Assembly: GCA_012295275.1 (NCBI GenBank)
Contig: CM022670.1
Location: forward strand, 23,622,001-23,686,000
Length of the DNA stretch: 64,000 bases
DNA from: Chrysomallon squamiferum
Taxonomy: Eukaryota; Animalia; Mollusca
Direction of reading: 5' to 3'
Positions 13,523-28,200 of the stretch are shown piece by piece. Position 1 is the stretch's first letter; every line of letters begins with the position of its first letter. A program made the translations under genes and the position numbers. The notes beneath the pieces are model-generated. The model made no database searches and was not told where the DNA came from. It saw nothing but the letters and a program-made list of their open reading frames with translations.

Positions 13523-15924
13523 CTGTTCAGAATAGAGGAGAAAAAAAAACGTTTTAAATTTTAACTTGAATTTGTTTTTATTTTTATTTGTTTTATTTCG
13601 TGAAAAGTGATAATAAAAACGTTTAAAAAAAAGTTATTTTTCGTTTTGTGGTTATTTTGTTTTCCGGTTTTTCTTTGATCTTCTTTTTTTTTTTTTTTTT
13701 TGCTTCTAATTATTATTATTACTGTGGGCTTTGTTGTTGTTCATTTATTTGCTTTCATTTTAGTTTGTTTTTGTTGTTTTTTTGTATTTGTTCTGTTTTT
13801 GTGTATATATATTTATGGGAGGGTGTTATTTTATGTTATTTTTGGCGGGGAAGTAAATGTTTGTCTAGGACTTTTTTAATCATTAAAAAAAAATAATAAT
13901 AATAATATTTAATGAGTACAAAAATATCTGGATATATGATGGTCATAGTTTGTTATTAACTAAAGACATTTCAAGACATACATTTTGATTAAATAAACAG
14001 TTATTTTCTTTTCTAATAATAAAGAATACCAATGGAAAATCTCAGATTATATCAATCCTCACGAATTTATTATTTATTTTTTACTTCACTAAAAAAAAAA
14101 AGAGAGAGAGCGTTTAGGTTACTTGATCATACCCAAAAATTAACATTTTAATAAAGATTTCTAATCATAACTGATAATCAGTATTTGGTTATGATTGAAT
14201 TCAAATGATGTCTTATTTCAGTAACACGCAAATGATTATCTGGAACAAACGACAATAAACAACTCAAAATAAATCTTGACAAATGTTAAAATCCGACTTT
14301 GTTTTTGTGATACGCATCTAATACTTCACAAATGTGCATTATTTTCCTGCCACGACGTCCTGAACTTTTATGATACATTTAGACTGTCAGAGAACATTAT
14401 GAATTTAATACATTTGACAGATAATTGCAATAGATGGATACGCAGATTTTGAGCATTAACGTATGAAATAATTTATCACTTTTGATACAATCCAGTGCTC
14501 TACTTTGCCCATTTGAATGATTTTTTTTTTTTTTTTTTTTTTTTGATTTTTAGGCTTCAGAGAGATTTTCTTCTTTTATTTATTCACGCTTGTAGAATTC
14601 TGACATTAGCGCTTAACAAAATTATTACGGAGATCGGTATAAGAGAATTCTCGTTTACATATTTCTCTGTCATGAAGAATACAAATCTTGATATATCACC
14701 GTAAGTCAGTATGAATCAGCACCAGCATCCATATCAATTATATCGTTTTCTAAAAGACTGGTGGGATATCTCGTAAACTCAATAAGATATCGTCTGCTTC
14801 GGGCCGGTCCAGAAAGAACCGCGTTGCCACCTCCAGAGGCCATCGGTATAAAACCTGCAACTTCCGCCTCATCCGATTATGTGCACTCTTGCATAAAAGC
14901 TGATTTTAGTCCGATTTTGATTTAACTGAATCTGGCAGAGACAGATGGGCGCCTTCCCAGATGAGATGAAAATGTAAAATAGTCAAAAGACGTTCAAGAA
15001 AATTTTAAGCCGGACACGAAAAGACAAGGCCGTCACTTCTGTTTTCGACATTTTCTTCGTTGGAAGTTACTCGAAGAAAACGACTGCTTCACGGTGATAA
15101 TTTGAAATGAAAGGGCTAATGGATAAATTGTGCATTTGAAAGGAAATGGAACGGTTTAAAAAAGACCTGTAATGTTGGCTGAGATAACACACTGAAGAAA
15201 GTAGCACTTGAATCTGTTAGGATTCATTTCCACTGTCTAACTGGAAATTTTTGTTCATTGCCGCTGCATTACCGATAATGGACAGCCCCATTCATATCAG
15301 ACACATTAAAGTGGCAATGAAAATTAAAGTATCATTTGTATTTATTTTATTTTATCTTGTTTTACTATTATTATTATTATTTTAGTCAGCTATCACAAAA
15401 GTTCTTCAATTACGAATAAATAATTTGATTTTCCTGTAAAATAATATAATAGTTTTAAAACATAAATGCTAGTATATAATTTTTTTTTTTCCTTTTACCT
15501 ATTATATCCAGCCCCAAAAGAATATTTTCTTTTTTACCCAGACATTTTTGTACTCATATAATTTCAGAAAATATTGATAATTATTTTGAAATGCAAAAAT
15601 TAAAATCGCAAATGGACTTTTTTTTTAACAAGGACTAGAAACGAAGTTTTTCAGATTAATGCTTGATGTTGAGGATAACGTTGATAATGTCGTTCAGCTT
15701 GTTTATGGTGGTGTCGTTGTTGTTTTCTTACTATTATGCTAAGTATTATTGTTATATTAAATCTCCTTTCTTATATATGGAGAATAAACATTTTCACTTT
15801 CGGGAGTTTCGCTTTGCATGACATTAAAATAAAGACTTTAAACTTTGCGTGGTGGGGAAAAAAATAAGTTTTAAAACAACACAGACTTTGTTTTCACATT
15901 CAAATAAACTAACTTACAACTTAC

Positions 15925-15999
15925 CTGACTACGAAATATAAACCCGACAACACAGGCAGCTACAAAGCAAATCAGTGTCAACAGCGTAAGTATACCATA
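15925..15999 (-). CDS. Tetraspanin coding exon 3 (TM3: YGILTLLTLICFVAACVVGFIFRSQ)
   Basis: ttttcag acceptor and CAG|GTAAGT donor; 75 nt, phase 0/0; hydrophobic TM segment. Confidence 0.9.
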
Positions 16000-18900
16000 C
16001 TGAAAATAAACAAACAAATACATATTATTATTCAAGCTATGCTTTTCAATTTCTTAATTAGTAATTAATATATATATATATATTGTTAATTATTGTTATA
16101 TTATTGTTAATATAATTTATTATTGTTAATTTTATATAAAGATTTTCTAGTTTATCTACATAATTTGTTTTACATTTTTTTTTTTTAAATCTATATCGAT
16201 ATATCCTTCCGTCAAAGATGTACATTTAGTGTATCAAGTCATACAAGCATGAACGACACATTAAACCACAAAAACCTGCTTGTGACCGATTTATTTAGTT
16301 TAAGATAGTTTTATAATGTATATGAACACTGATTTATGTGTGGTACTCTTAGTATATGAACCAAATGCGCAAAACTGCACGTGTAAACAACGTCGAATAC
16401 CAATCGGTGAATACCTTACACCACACAAGGAAGTGCACGCCATTATGGCAGCAGATTATCACGTGCATGTACTAGCTCAACTGATTATACTGTTCTTATT
16501 TTAGCTGATGTGTCTGAGTTACTTACTTTAAGTTTTTAAGATTATTTTATAATGTAACAACTGTATTATGTAAATCAAGTCAGCTCTGGCGAATAAATTC
16601 CATGCTGTAGTTTGTTCTTGTTTTAGCCACACCCACCACGCCTTGCACCCTAGCTAAATTCCACAGAATTAGCTCAGAAGAACACAAATCACAGATATAA
16701 TCCTAATAAATCAGTTATTTTATTGTTACTTTTCAAAGCCTTTCAAGTAAGTAATAAACTTGCACCGCCAAATCGCTTGATGCAAATTTCAATGTAACAA
16801 AAAACAAAACAAAAAAAAGCTTGTGGAATTTAAAAACTGTAGAGACAGGGGCAGTTTGGGGTCATATATTGGCATAAATGCATACACACACACATACAGA
16901 TATATTCTTAATAACATCGAATGCAAATTTAAAAATTATAAATAAATTACTGCACTCTCTGAATAAACAAGACTAAGCTAACAGAAGCAATATTAAAAGG
17001 CGATTACATCAGGTGTTCTTTTTTTAAATGAATACCAACAATTAAAGAAAAAAAAAAAAAAAATAATAAATAAACTATTGGTAGAGTGGACTGCTTACAA
17101 ATGTGTATAATTATACTGAAATAACCTAATATTGCAAATTTCCATTTAATCTAACGATGGTTTCATTTTATCTTTCATCCAAAGGATATACTAAAATATT
17201 TTCTAATTATACTCATGTTGTATATTTTATTTATTTTTTCTGCTATTTTTCTGTGATATGTGTTTGTGAATCGTGTTGATTCTGTTAAAGGTGTTTCGAC
17301 CTCTGTACATTTAAGATGATCAAAGCTGCTTCAGATTAGCGGTGACGCACCGATTTAAGTTATATTAGATCTGCCCATTTCATTCATTTGCTTTCTTTTG
17401 GACTATAGTTCATAACACATTTTATTATTATTATTTATTTTATTTTTATCAGTGATTAGTTTACGCTTGCCAACCAACAGGATGTTATATGAACATACTT
17501 CTCTCTGTTAAACTAAAAATAAAACTTTCGCAACATGGCCATAAGTTTTGTCTCTTATTATCTTTGTGGTCGTTAATCATATGTACGATGCAAAAAACAC
17601 CAGATTTAAAATGTGGGGAGTGCAGTTTATTTTAAAGCATTTTGTCTTTCTTCGTTTTTTTTTTTTGACTGCAGCAAGTTTAAGTGATAAGGAGATAAGG
17701 CATGCTCGGAACATGTGAAGGAAAGAAACGAAATCTGTGTTGATACGTTCCACTGTTATACTGTGCCATGTCAGATACGTCACTTCTCGTGTATGTGTCG
17801 ACACACAAAAATTGTGACTGTCACTTTCCTTTCTGCCACTAATACATTTTAAGATCTGGGATGGATCGTTCAGGAGATAATCAGCCTGTGACGGATAGAA
17901 GGCAGCCATTTTGAATTTATGTAAATTAGTGTACTTCCGGTGGCCAGATTTTGTCCGAATTTAGTATGGACATTCAGAGTGACCCCATCCCCTTCTCTAA
18001 CCAGACACAATTATTTAAAAAAAAGTTATGCTGCAGTTTGTTCTACATTATTCATTATTCTACTGGACTATTCAACAACGTAAACACTTTAACGTAACGA
18101 TCGGTTCTGCAGACTAAATTGACTGTGGAAAATAAAGTTATCAAAATATTGACAGATTATGGAAAGGAAAAACCTGTCCTCTGACCTAAATATAATTCTA
18201 AATGGTTTCTGCCTTGGACTGGTGGTCACTTTATTGATGTGCAGCAGTGGGTGGCAGTATTTCGACACTAGGTTAATGAAAATTTACAACATATTGACAC
18301 AACTTGCAAAGCCGGGAACAATAAATGTTGCATTATCGCGACTTCACAAGGCGGTTAATGCACCGGTAGAAAAGCCATTCGGACCAATTAACACGATGTA
18401 CGAGAATTAAATCGGCTTATAAGATTATGGCAAAACGAGGAGAGAAATACATGAATCTCTCAGTGTATCTTTCACATCAATTTGAGGGCTTTTCAGAGGT
18501 TCAATGGACAATCACGATTTTATAATCATCGAAAATTGATTTTGCGTGTTCTCCGTGAATTCTGTCTATTCGGCTTTAACGCTGTCTGACAATCTATAGC
18601 GCCGCTGGATTTTGGTAATAACAGAAACCACGAAGGACACGCGTCTCACCAGGCGCTGCTATAACAGAGATCCAATGGGGAATTGTACTTTCACCACAGC
18701 TGTAAAGACTGGCCAAAACCGTTATGGAGATTATGCGATTCCAGAAAAGCTGACCACACAGTAATTCATTTTCTGGAAAGATAACAGATTATTTACTTGT
18801 CCCGTTTGCTTAAAATCAAATTAGGTTAAAGCTCTTTAACGGTGAGCGTACAAAAAAAAGAAATTCGGTTTTCTTTTTCCCCGTGCAAAGACTGGTGAAT

Positions 18901-21080
18901 TAAAGAAAAACATCAGCATCGAAAAAAAACGTCTTAGGCAGTGTACCACGTGTTGCAGTAACCTTTTTGTATTGAAGCTGACGCCTCTCAGAGCACATTA
19001 TAGTTTTGTTTTAGTTAGTTTATTTTGTTTATTACATGACAGTAAAACATGACAGTGTTTATCTGAAATTACATGCTCGTCTACTCTAATTAAGCTAATG
19101 TTGTTGGGTTTTAGGAGTTTTTTGTTTTTAAAATAATTACACTCGTATAAAACATTGACTGTAGAACTTAACTGAAAACAAATTTCATTATATATTGTTA
19201 AACGATGTGTCTTGAAGTCTCTTTGTCCAAATCTATTTAAAATTCAGTTCAATATTTTTGTAACAGTTCCTAAAGAATGCTCTGGTTAAATAAACATTTA
19301 AATAAAGCTGGATGAAAACATCACTTTCTTTAACATGTATCCACAAATACACTTACCAACGTTAATTTCTTTGTCATGAAGCCTTACTTCTGAAAATTCT
19401 ACGTGCTGATTTATGCATAGACCTTTGATCTTACAACAAAACGGATGATTAGGTAAAATGGAAATTTAGTTACAAGACATTATCGTTTCCAACTGTGTTT
19501 GAAAGGTTGCACGTTAAACAAATACACAAAAGTGAAGACAAAATGTTTACAGGCCACATACATACGATATCGTGCACCTGTGAAAAGACAAAATGCAGGT
19601 GCTGCTGCCGTTTTCCAAAAATCTATCTTGATTATTTAAACAGCGGTGGTAAGGATCATAACCCCACTGATGTTTCGGCCTGGGGTGAGAAAACGTTACA
19701 TGTGTATAAGAATAATAATTTAGCTGATGACGTCTGTTTTTATCAGCGTTAGAAACTGCGATGGAAATGTTAGCTTAAAACCAGATCTGCTTTTACTGCA
19801 CAGTGAATGTTTTGTGAGTGATTTTTTTTTTTTTTTTTTCAGTATTCGGATATATATATATATATATGCTGTGATCTATTTCATCTCATGACATTTTTTA
19901 ACATTTTTTTTTTTAATAAATAATTATGTTTTTAACTGAATTTAAAAAAAAAACGAAATGTGATAAAAAGAAAACGGATTTAATGTGAATGCTGTAAGCT
20001 ACGTGACTGAATTATCTGCGTCTCTGTGAAGAGCAGGAATGTTACAAGCTCTTCTCTTTTTTTCTTGTTTTCTTTTTGTCTTGTTCATCTTCGCGACATT
20101 TAATTTAAAAGAGACAGTAAAAAAAGTTAAATAATAATACGCTTCATTATTCAAAGTCAACTTTAAACCAGCTATATAGAAAATTAGAGTTGTAACAAAT
20201 CGCTTTACAGCCTTTTATATCATTTATTGTTTTCGAAATTGTTGTTGTTGTTTATTTGTTATTATTAATTTATTTGTTTTAATTATTTTTTTTATTATTA
20301 TTATTATTATTATTAATTTATTTATTTTTTTTTTTTTTTTTTTTTTTTTAATTTTAATTTTAGTTTTTAATTTAGTTAGTTAGTTATTTTGTTGTTATTG
20401 TTATTTTTGTTGTCTGTAATGTGTCAGCAGATTTCCTATGCGCGTATACTATTATTCATTAATCATTAATTTTCATGCTTGTCACACTCTACAATTTAAA
20501 TTACACTTCACCGGAACATTTCCGATTTTCCTTTAAAGCGCTTCTGAGGTTTCTTTTCAGAATTTTTTTTTTTTTTTTTTCCCTCTCTCTCTCTCTCTTG
20601 TGCTTTTAACCTTTTAAACCGAAAACCTTCACACGAATATTCAGACAGAATCTGAAAATTGGACACATAATAAGCTGGAACCCTGCAGTTCGATTTTTTT
20701 TTTCTTTCTTCCTCACAAGGGACTGTCTAAATATGTTAACGATATTGCATATCATCATGCACGGAATACCACCGCTCCCAGAACCGGAGAGATGTTTTGA
20801 TTCTATCAATCGTTGCAAATGAGCCAGAAATTTTAATGCACCAGCATAGCTGAGACTGTTTGCCTAGTGAATTATTCTGTTGCAGACAAATGGGATTCCT
20901 CAAATTGCATTAGCGATTTCGCGAATGCAGTATCATATTTATGAGAATAAAAAAAAAAATATATATATATTTCGTGTTATCAAGATATAGAGAAAGTCAC
21001 TGGGATTTATAGCAGCTATTTCAAGTATCAGATGAATGTTAGCAAAAAAAAGTAGTTTAGGTTGTTTTGAAGAGTGTTTT

Positions 21081-21135
21081 CATCATCGTCATCATCATAA
21101 TCAAATCATCATCATCATCATGATTATCATAATTA

Positions 21136-21172
<37 letters not shown>

Positions 21173-21234
21173 CATTATTATTATTATCATTATTATTATT
21201 ATCATTGTTGTTGTTGTTGTTGTTGTTGTTATTA
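21081..21234. repeat. Compound (ATC)/(ATT)/(GTT) trinucleotide microsatellite
   Basis: Directly visible. Confidence 0.95.
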
Positions 21235-21556
21235 TACTAAGTTAAGTTAGTGAATCTGTTTTTTGTTCGCATACTCGGAAAAACTGCCTTAAAGCATATA
21301 TGGACAGTGGAATATATCATATACAATATGGACGATTCGTATAGCAGTTTTCATCATCATCAAAAACATATTAACGTCCTCATCATCGTTATTATCGTCA
21401 TTTGAAAGTAGTAGCAGCAGAAGGAGCTTCATTTGTAGCAGCAGCAGTGGTATTATTTGAAGTAGTATAAATTATAGCATTAGTAGAAGTAGTAGTAATA
21501 GTAGTAGCAGAAGCAGCAGCAGTAGTGGTGATGACACTGGTAATGAAAATACTCAC

Positions 21557-21757
21557 AAACCACAGCAGGCACTTGCTCTCTATAAAGGCACCGCAGCAGC
21601 CGACGAGGGAGATGAAGATGACGACGGCCCCGCCCACGATCAGCGTGTAGGCACCGGCCAGATACAGCTCACCCCCCAGCAACACCGACATCTCCTTGGC
21701 ACCGAAGTCAGTGGTCAGTGTGTAAACTCCCACTCCGAGGACAGCCCCACCAACCAG
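21557..21757 (-). CDS. Tetraspanin coding exon 2 (TM1 end, small loop, TM2, GCCGA motif)
   Basis: cag acceptor and GTGAGT donor; 201 nt; LVGGAVLGVGVY...LVGCCGAFIESKCLLWF is the tetraspanin signature. Confidence 0.95.
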
Positions 21758-22023
21758 CTGAGTAAATACAAATATTCAGTAAAACAGTTTCGTATAAATA
21801 ATGTTTTCAGATTTTTCTGCTATTTGGCTACGTAAATGATGCGAAATATATTTTTTTCTGAGGAAAGTGTCAAATTAAAGCATTAACAGTTTTATATCTA
21901 AGTCTTAAGAATTGTACTATAGAAAATACTGTACGCGATTTAGAGGGAAAATTTAGAGGATGGCATTCCCAAAGTATGCTCTACGATCTCTTTTCTTTTA
22001 TAATATATCATAATAATGGCTAA

Positions 22024-22117
<94 letters not shown>

Positions 22118-22123
22118 AAATAA

Positions 22124-22173
<50 letters not shown>
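22024..22173. repeat. (AAT)n/(AAAT)n microsatellite
   Basis: Directly visible. Confidence 0.95.
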
Positions 22174-22353
22174 TTACCGAAAACAAACGACATAAAACGA
22201 ATATGCAACATCTGATTATGATAAAGATATTTAGAAATTTAAGAAAAATCTGTGTCTGTGTGTGTTTAAGGGAGGAATGTATCGGTAAAGTTTCATTTAT
22301 AGAAAAATGTTCCACATCAAAATGTGTCTTACAAAATAAATTGAAATACTTAC

Positions 22354-22422
22354 CAACAGAAGAAAATTGAAAATTATTAGCATGTACTTGGTACAGCTGG
22401 ACTCTCGTTTATTGAAACCCAT
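22354..22422 (-). CDS. Tetraspanin coding exon 1 (MGFNKRESSCTKYMLIIFNFLLL)
   Basis: ATG at 22422 inside an exon with acceptor ttttcag (exon starts 22446); donor GTAAGT at 22353; typical tetraspanin N-terminus CxKY...FN and start of TM1; phase 0. Confidence 0.9.
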
Positions 22423-23744
22423 TCTTTTTACAAATAACTATATATCCTGAAAACAAACAAAAACAAATAGTTAAATATATATATGACACGTATGCACACG
22501 AGATGTATATTTTCATCACATAATGGTGCAAGCTAAATAGAAACATATGCATGTATGTATGCTTGAATGTACGAAGATACATAGGTAGATAGATAGGTAG
22601 ATAGATAGTTTGGAAGTATGCGTGTGTGTGTGTTTTGAGGGGAAAGACATTAGATTTGTATATATTTATGTATCTGTTGTATGTATTTCTAACACAAACA
22701 TTTATAGACTTTTGTTATGAAAATGTATGAACTCATGCTTGTGTGAATTTGTGACTATATGGACAGATAAAAATAGTTCAGTATTTTAACTGTTTCGTTT
22801 ATATTTTCATAATAAAAGGTCTATATCCGGGATTCGCAAACATTCTGATCTTATCGCTTTAACTTCACTGTCCACTAGGGCTGAACAAATCTCATTGTGA
22901 ATACGTAAAATCTGAAAGCGCAACATACACGACATTTCATAATTTTCCAACAATGAACCTCTGTGACAGTCATAGGAAATTCACGGTGTGCGAGTGTTTA
23001 TAATGACTTGCAGTCTCGTCATATTTCAAATGAGACGTTAAATATGATGTGGCGACATGCTTACCACGCCCGCATATATAATATCGTTACTCACTGGGTA
23101 AATCCGTTTCGACCGATTATATAAATTAAACTGGCGCAAATTTGACTCACTTCTTGATTTATTTATATTACAACTAAATATTTCTTGTTTGCCTTACCTT
23201 GTTAAGATGGAACCGAAATGATATATATAGCAATATCAATAAATGATCATCATCGTCGTCGTCATCATCATTTTTTTACACACACACACACACGGACATT
23301 CACTAGGTGCTAATACGATAAAATCTAAATTTTATTTTTAATATTTAAATGTTCATTTTAACAGCGAATAGAAAATAATATTTATTTATTTTATCAAGGA
23401 AATACATTTATTTACATTTATAAAATAGAATAATTCGATATCATGGCCAGTTAACGAGATGCTCTATTTAAAGGCCGCTAAATCTTTTAAAACTAAAATA
23501 ATTAAGTTACCTAGAGTACTCTCCCTTCATCACATTAATTTTTAATCAAAATTAAATACGAGTTTAACACCATCATCATCATTATTATTATTATTATTAT
23601 TATCATCATTATACACAAAAATTATATGGTTGAAGAAATGAAATAATAATAATTTTTGTTTTCAGTGAATCTTTAGTTGAAAAATAAACGTTTTATAAAA
23701 TATGTATTTGTCGTTTGTGGTTGTTGTTCTTTTTGTTGTTATTT

Positions 23745-23796
<52 letters not shown>

Positions 23797-24147
23797 TTTG
23801 TTTGTTTTGTGTGTTTTTTTTTTTTTTTTAATTTAATTTATTTATTTGTTTTAGTACAAAGTCTTCAGCATTATATTTTCAGTTATAGAGAAAAATTAAT
23901 TTAATTTATTATGATGAAATAATTATAAAGGCAATAATTTTATTTAAAGCAATATTAAATATTATATGTCAGTATGCATTAAAAAAAAATATATATAATT
24001 ATATGCGTTTAATCAAAAATAAAAATTCAGGCAATAACAGAACAAGTCATTTATCTGTTATGAAGTACATTTCCACTCGAATGCCACATTATGAGTATTC
24101 AATGTGTTTTTCAGTTTGATCATAAAGCGTGAAGTGTGTAAAGTTAA

Positions 24148-24151
<4 letters not shown>

Positions 24152-24199
<48 letters not shown>
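24152..24199. repeat. (TG)n microsatellite
   Basis: Directly visible; similar tracts at 12180-12221 and 13257-13298. Confidence 0.95.
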
Positions 24200-24200
<1 letters not shown>

Positions 24201-25181
24201 ATTTTTTTGTTGTTGTTTTTTTCTATTTTACTTTCATATTTCTAATTGATTTTTCTGTTGTTTTTTAAACTATATTGAATTTTCCTCCTTTGATATTATT
24301 TTATTTTACATTTAAACCCTTCCTTACAAATAACTCATAAATTTCCCTCGCCCAGTCATTTGATCTAAATTCCAACGTGACAAAAACATATTGTTGTGAC
24401 ATATTTTAACTCTGACTCGGATAAAAATCGATAAACAACCCTTCATTACTTAGGAGCAATTTCAAATCCTTGAAATATCCTGAAATGTTATTTTATTCTC
24501 ATAATTTATGGTTAAGAAAAAACGTACTCAGTCTAGACTATCCTACCCGGATTGTAACAGGCGAGGCCACACAATATAAATAGAGTTAACAAAGCACAAA
24601 ATATGATTCATTTCAAATAACACAACGGCATAAAACCCTACAATGAAGTCAAAACAAAAGTAGGTGCTACTCTTGCGTAATGATCTAAGCGTCATGAAAG
24701 TGTCGTGTGTAATTTACTACTTAAAGAGCGATCTACTGCAAAAATAATATCCAGGAAATTTCTATAAGATAAGAAGAGAGTGATGAGAAAGGATAATTAT
24801 ATTCCTTTAACAGGAAATGTCATTTTATATCAGACAGGTAAAGATTTGACCAAGCTTGGATCAGAAATGGATTAAATACGCAAACCCTTAAAACGTTGGC
24901 TAAAGTGTGACCAGCACTTAGACGAACGCAGTTGCATTTTTACGAAAAAAAAAAATGGCCTTGTTGATGATGAAGAAAATGTTGCACTACGACATCGTTG
25001 TGGTGGAGGATTGAAGGAAACTCGAAGAAAATGGAAAAACGGCGAAATCGTACCAACATTACGTTGCAAAAACTAGCTGCTGCCAAACTTACCGTTCTGT
25101 CGCCCCTGTTCCTATAAATTATAAATATGTAATAAAAAGTAAATTTGTTTCATTTATACCGTGAAAAATAATAATAACTCC

Positions 25182-25219
<38 letters not shown>

Positions 25220-28200
25220 AAAATAAGCGCGTAGATCACAGATCAAAGTAGAATTTCCTTGGTGTACATCACAAGCCAAAGTGTTTATTGTCTTTCGACA
25301 GTTTAGCACAAGCTGCCCCGATTATTTTCTATAATTATATTACATAATTTCACTTCAGTAATAACAATGAATAATATCGTAATAGTTAGTATAGCCTGCA
25401 ACAGATTTCACCCACAACTCAAATGAATTATTACTTGGTAACAAAGCTTCATATAAAGTTGGAGGACACTTAAAGACGAATAAACATTATAGCTTTATTT
25501 AATTTTGTTCGCGTTTCCTGTATGTCTGCATTTATTTTATTTTTTTATTTATGTGGATTTTCTTCCTCATCTTCCGTTGTTGTTTGTTTGTTTTGGGTTT
25601 TTTGGTTTGTTTTTTTGTTTGTGTGTGTGTTAAATAGTAAAATATTTCCGCCAATGATTTTTTTAAAAACTGTATGAAACTACTAAAGAAAATCCAAGTC
25701 GAATGCAAAATACTTTTCTTATAGTCAAACTGATAAAACATTTAACGCAATATTTGTCTTTATACGCATGACTAACCACGACCTTAATATTGTTTCGCAA
25801 GCGATGAATGTATTGTTACGTGTGTTTTAGACCAATTCAAAAACAGACATCATGCTCATATCGTCCTTATTTTAAAACAAATGTGAAAAATGTAAAAACA
25901 CAAAATTTAAAAGTAAATTAGAAAAAACATACCTTAAGCTTCCCAGGTGCGATTTTGTTTACACCTTTAGTTCCTGGATTGGCGTCGTAAGGCAAGCATG
26001 AGTTTTTGTAAGTAGCAGCCAATCACGGACAAAGAAAAACCGGTATTCTTTTCACGCTTCAGTTGTTTACACGATGACATTTTACCAACTTGTTCACGAA
26101 TTGAGATTCATGTCACACCCAGTCTTAGACCGAGGTGAATGATAAATGTAACAACACGTATTCACCACTGATTTGTTATTACATAACCCTATAAACCCTG
26201 ACTTTAAACGCTAGCATTGTATCAAAAATATTTACTTAGGCTGACAACTAGTTAATAATATTTTTAATGATTAAAATAAATATAGAGACATACATGTCTT
26301 TATGTAATTTGCAGGTCAGGTTGATTGCATGTGTGAACAAGTGAAGTAAGTGTTCACTGGCTACACTGGTTATTTTAACTTGCCTATCCATCGTGAAATT
26401 CACACATTATCAGCAAGAAACGGGAATCCATTTTGTAATACAGCTGTTAATATTATTATCATAAACTTTTCTTTTTTCTTTTTTTTTAAAAGTTATTAAG
26501 CTTTGTGTTTGATTATTACTTAGTTCATTGTTATTTACATAACTACTGTATATAATAAATCAGAAGGTTTCTTGCTTAATCTATACAATAATAAATAAAT
26601 AAAGCTACAAATTTGTTTTATTTCAATTTCTAAAAATATTTAGGTTGCTTATTTTCAGCATGCATCTTCAGTTTTGTTTAAACACAAAAATACACTGCCT
26701 TTTCTGATGGATTTATGTTTACTATTTTATGTTTATTGTTTTATTTTAATTTTTATAATTTTTTATTTTTTTATTTTTTTTAAGTGTTTTTTTTTGTTTT
26801 TGTTTGTTTTTGTTTTTGGTTGTTTTTTGACAATACAATCTAATAAATAATGAACCAATAACTGATTACAAAATATCAAATGATTTCAACTTTTTTATTT
26901 GCTCAAAATGGAAAAAAACATTTTAACAACAGTGAGAAATATACATTAGCATATTTATAGCTAAACAATAGTTTTGTATGTTCACGACAGTTCAAAATGT
27001 CTAACATATTTTGTATTGCAAGACAAAATATTTATGAATGAATAATAATAACTGAGTGTTTTTTAAAGGAAACAAACATCCTATTTACTACTGAGTAACC
27101 ATTTTTAAACAGAGTAATAACTGCAAATATAATAAACATTAAAATATTTGTAATAAAATAGAGATTTTTTTTTTGAAAATATAAATTTCCGTAAGTGAAA
27201 ACTGGAATTCTGAAACTGTTGATTATTAGCTTCATATATTTTGGTTGGTTCACCTGTAAGTAAATTCAAATTATCCAACAAAATAACTTTTCCAATCAAT
27301 AACAAAATTTATTAATAGCTATGCTGTTAATAAAGAGCATACACAGTTACTTCAAAAGTTTAACAAGTTTGTTTCAAATTCTATTTCTTGCATTTGAATT
27401 CATCTTCTTTCCTTTTTTTTTTTTTTTTTTTTTTTTTTAATAATTATTATATTTTACTGTTTACTTTTATTTATTTTTTCCCATCATTTTTACTTATAAC
27501 ATCTAATTCAAAACTGTATTTAGTATTATTTAATGTTAAGATGGAAATTTAAAACAAATAATTAAAAAAGAAACAAAGAAAGAGTTAACAATAAAAAAAA
27601 AGATATTTATCTCAGAAAGACATGGATTTTATGACACCATTTTCTAGCTATATGAATTAATAACCAGTAACCTAGATTAATATGTTGCAATTCAATTTGC
27701 TTTCAGTATTTCTGGAATATACAACCATCTGTCAGAAATATATTTAATACCAAAATAGAGTATATTCAACTGTTTTATTTAAAAAGCTAAAATATTTTCA
27801 TTTTTTTTAATTTGAAGGGGGACAATGGTTTTAAGAATACACTCCTATTTTAAATTCAGATTATCTTTTGACACATTTACAAAGTAATAGGATTTTTAAA
27901 ATAAGAGAAACAAATCAATTTAGATCCACAAGAAATCTACAGAGATAAAACTGTTTAGAAAGCAAACTAAAAATATGAATTTGATTATAATAATTACATT
28001 AAAAATAATAATAAAATAAGAAGGCAGAAGCAGAAATTAAAATAAATGGCTGATGAAAAAATAAATCAGCTGTCAGAAGAGAAAAAGGAGAGAAAGTGAA
28101 AAAATTTAGCTCTATATAACATAAGATGACTACTCTGTCAAAACAATGTTTAAAAAATAGAAAGAGAGAGAAACATTATCAGTGTAAAACAAAAAGAACC

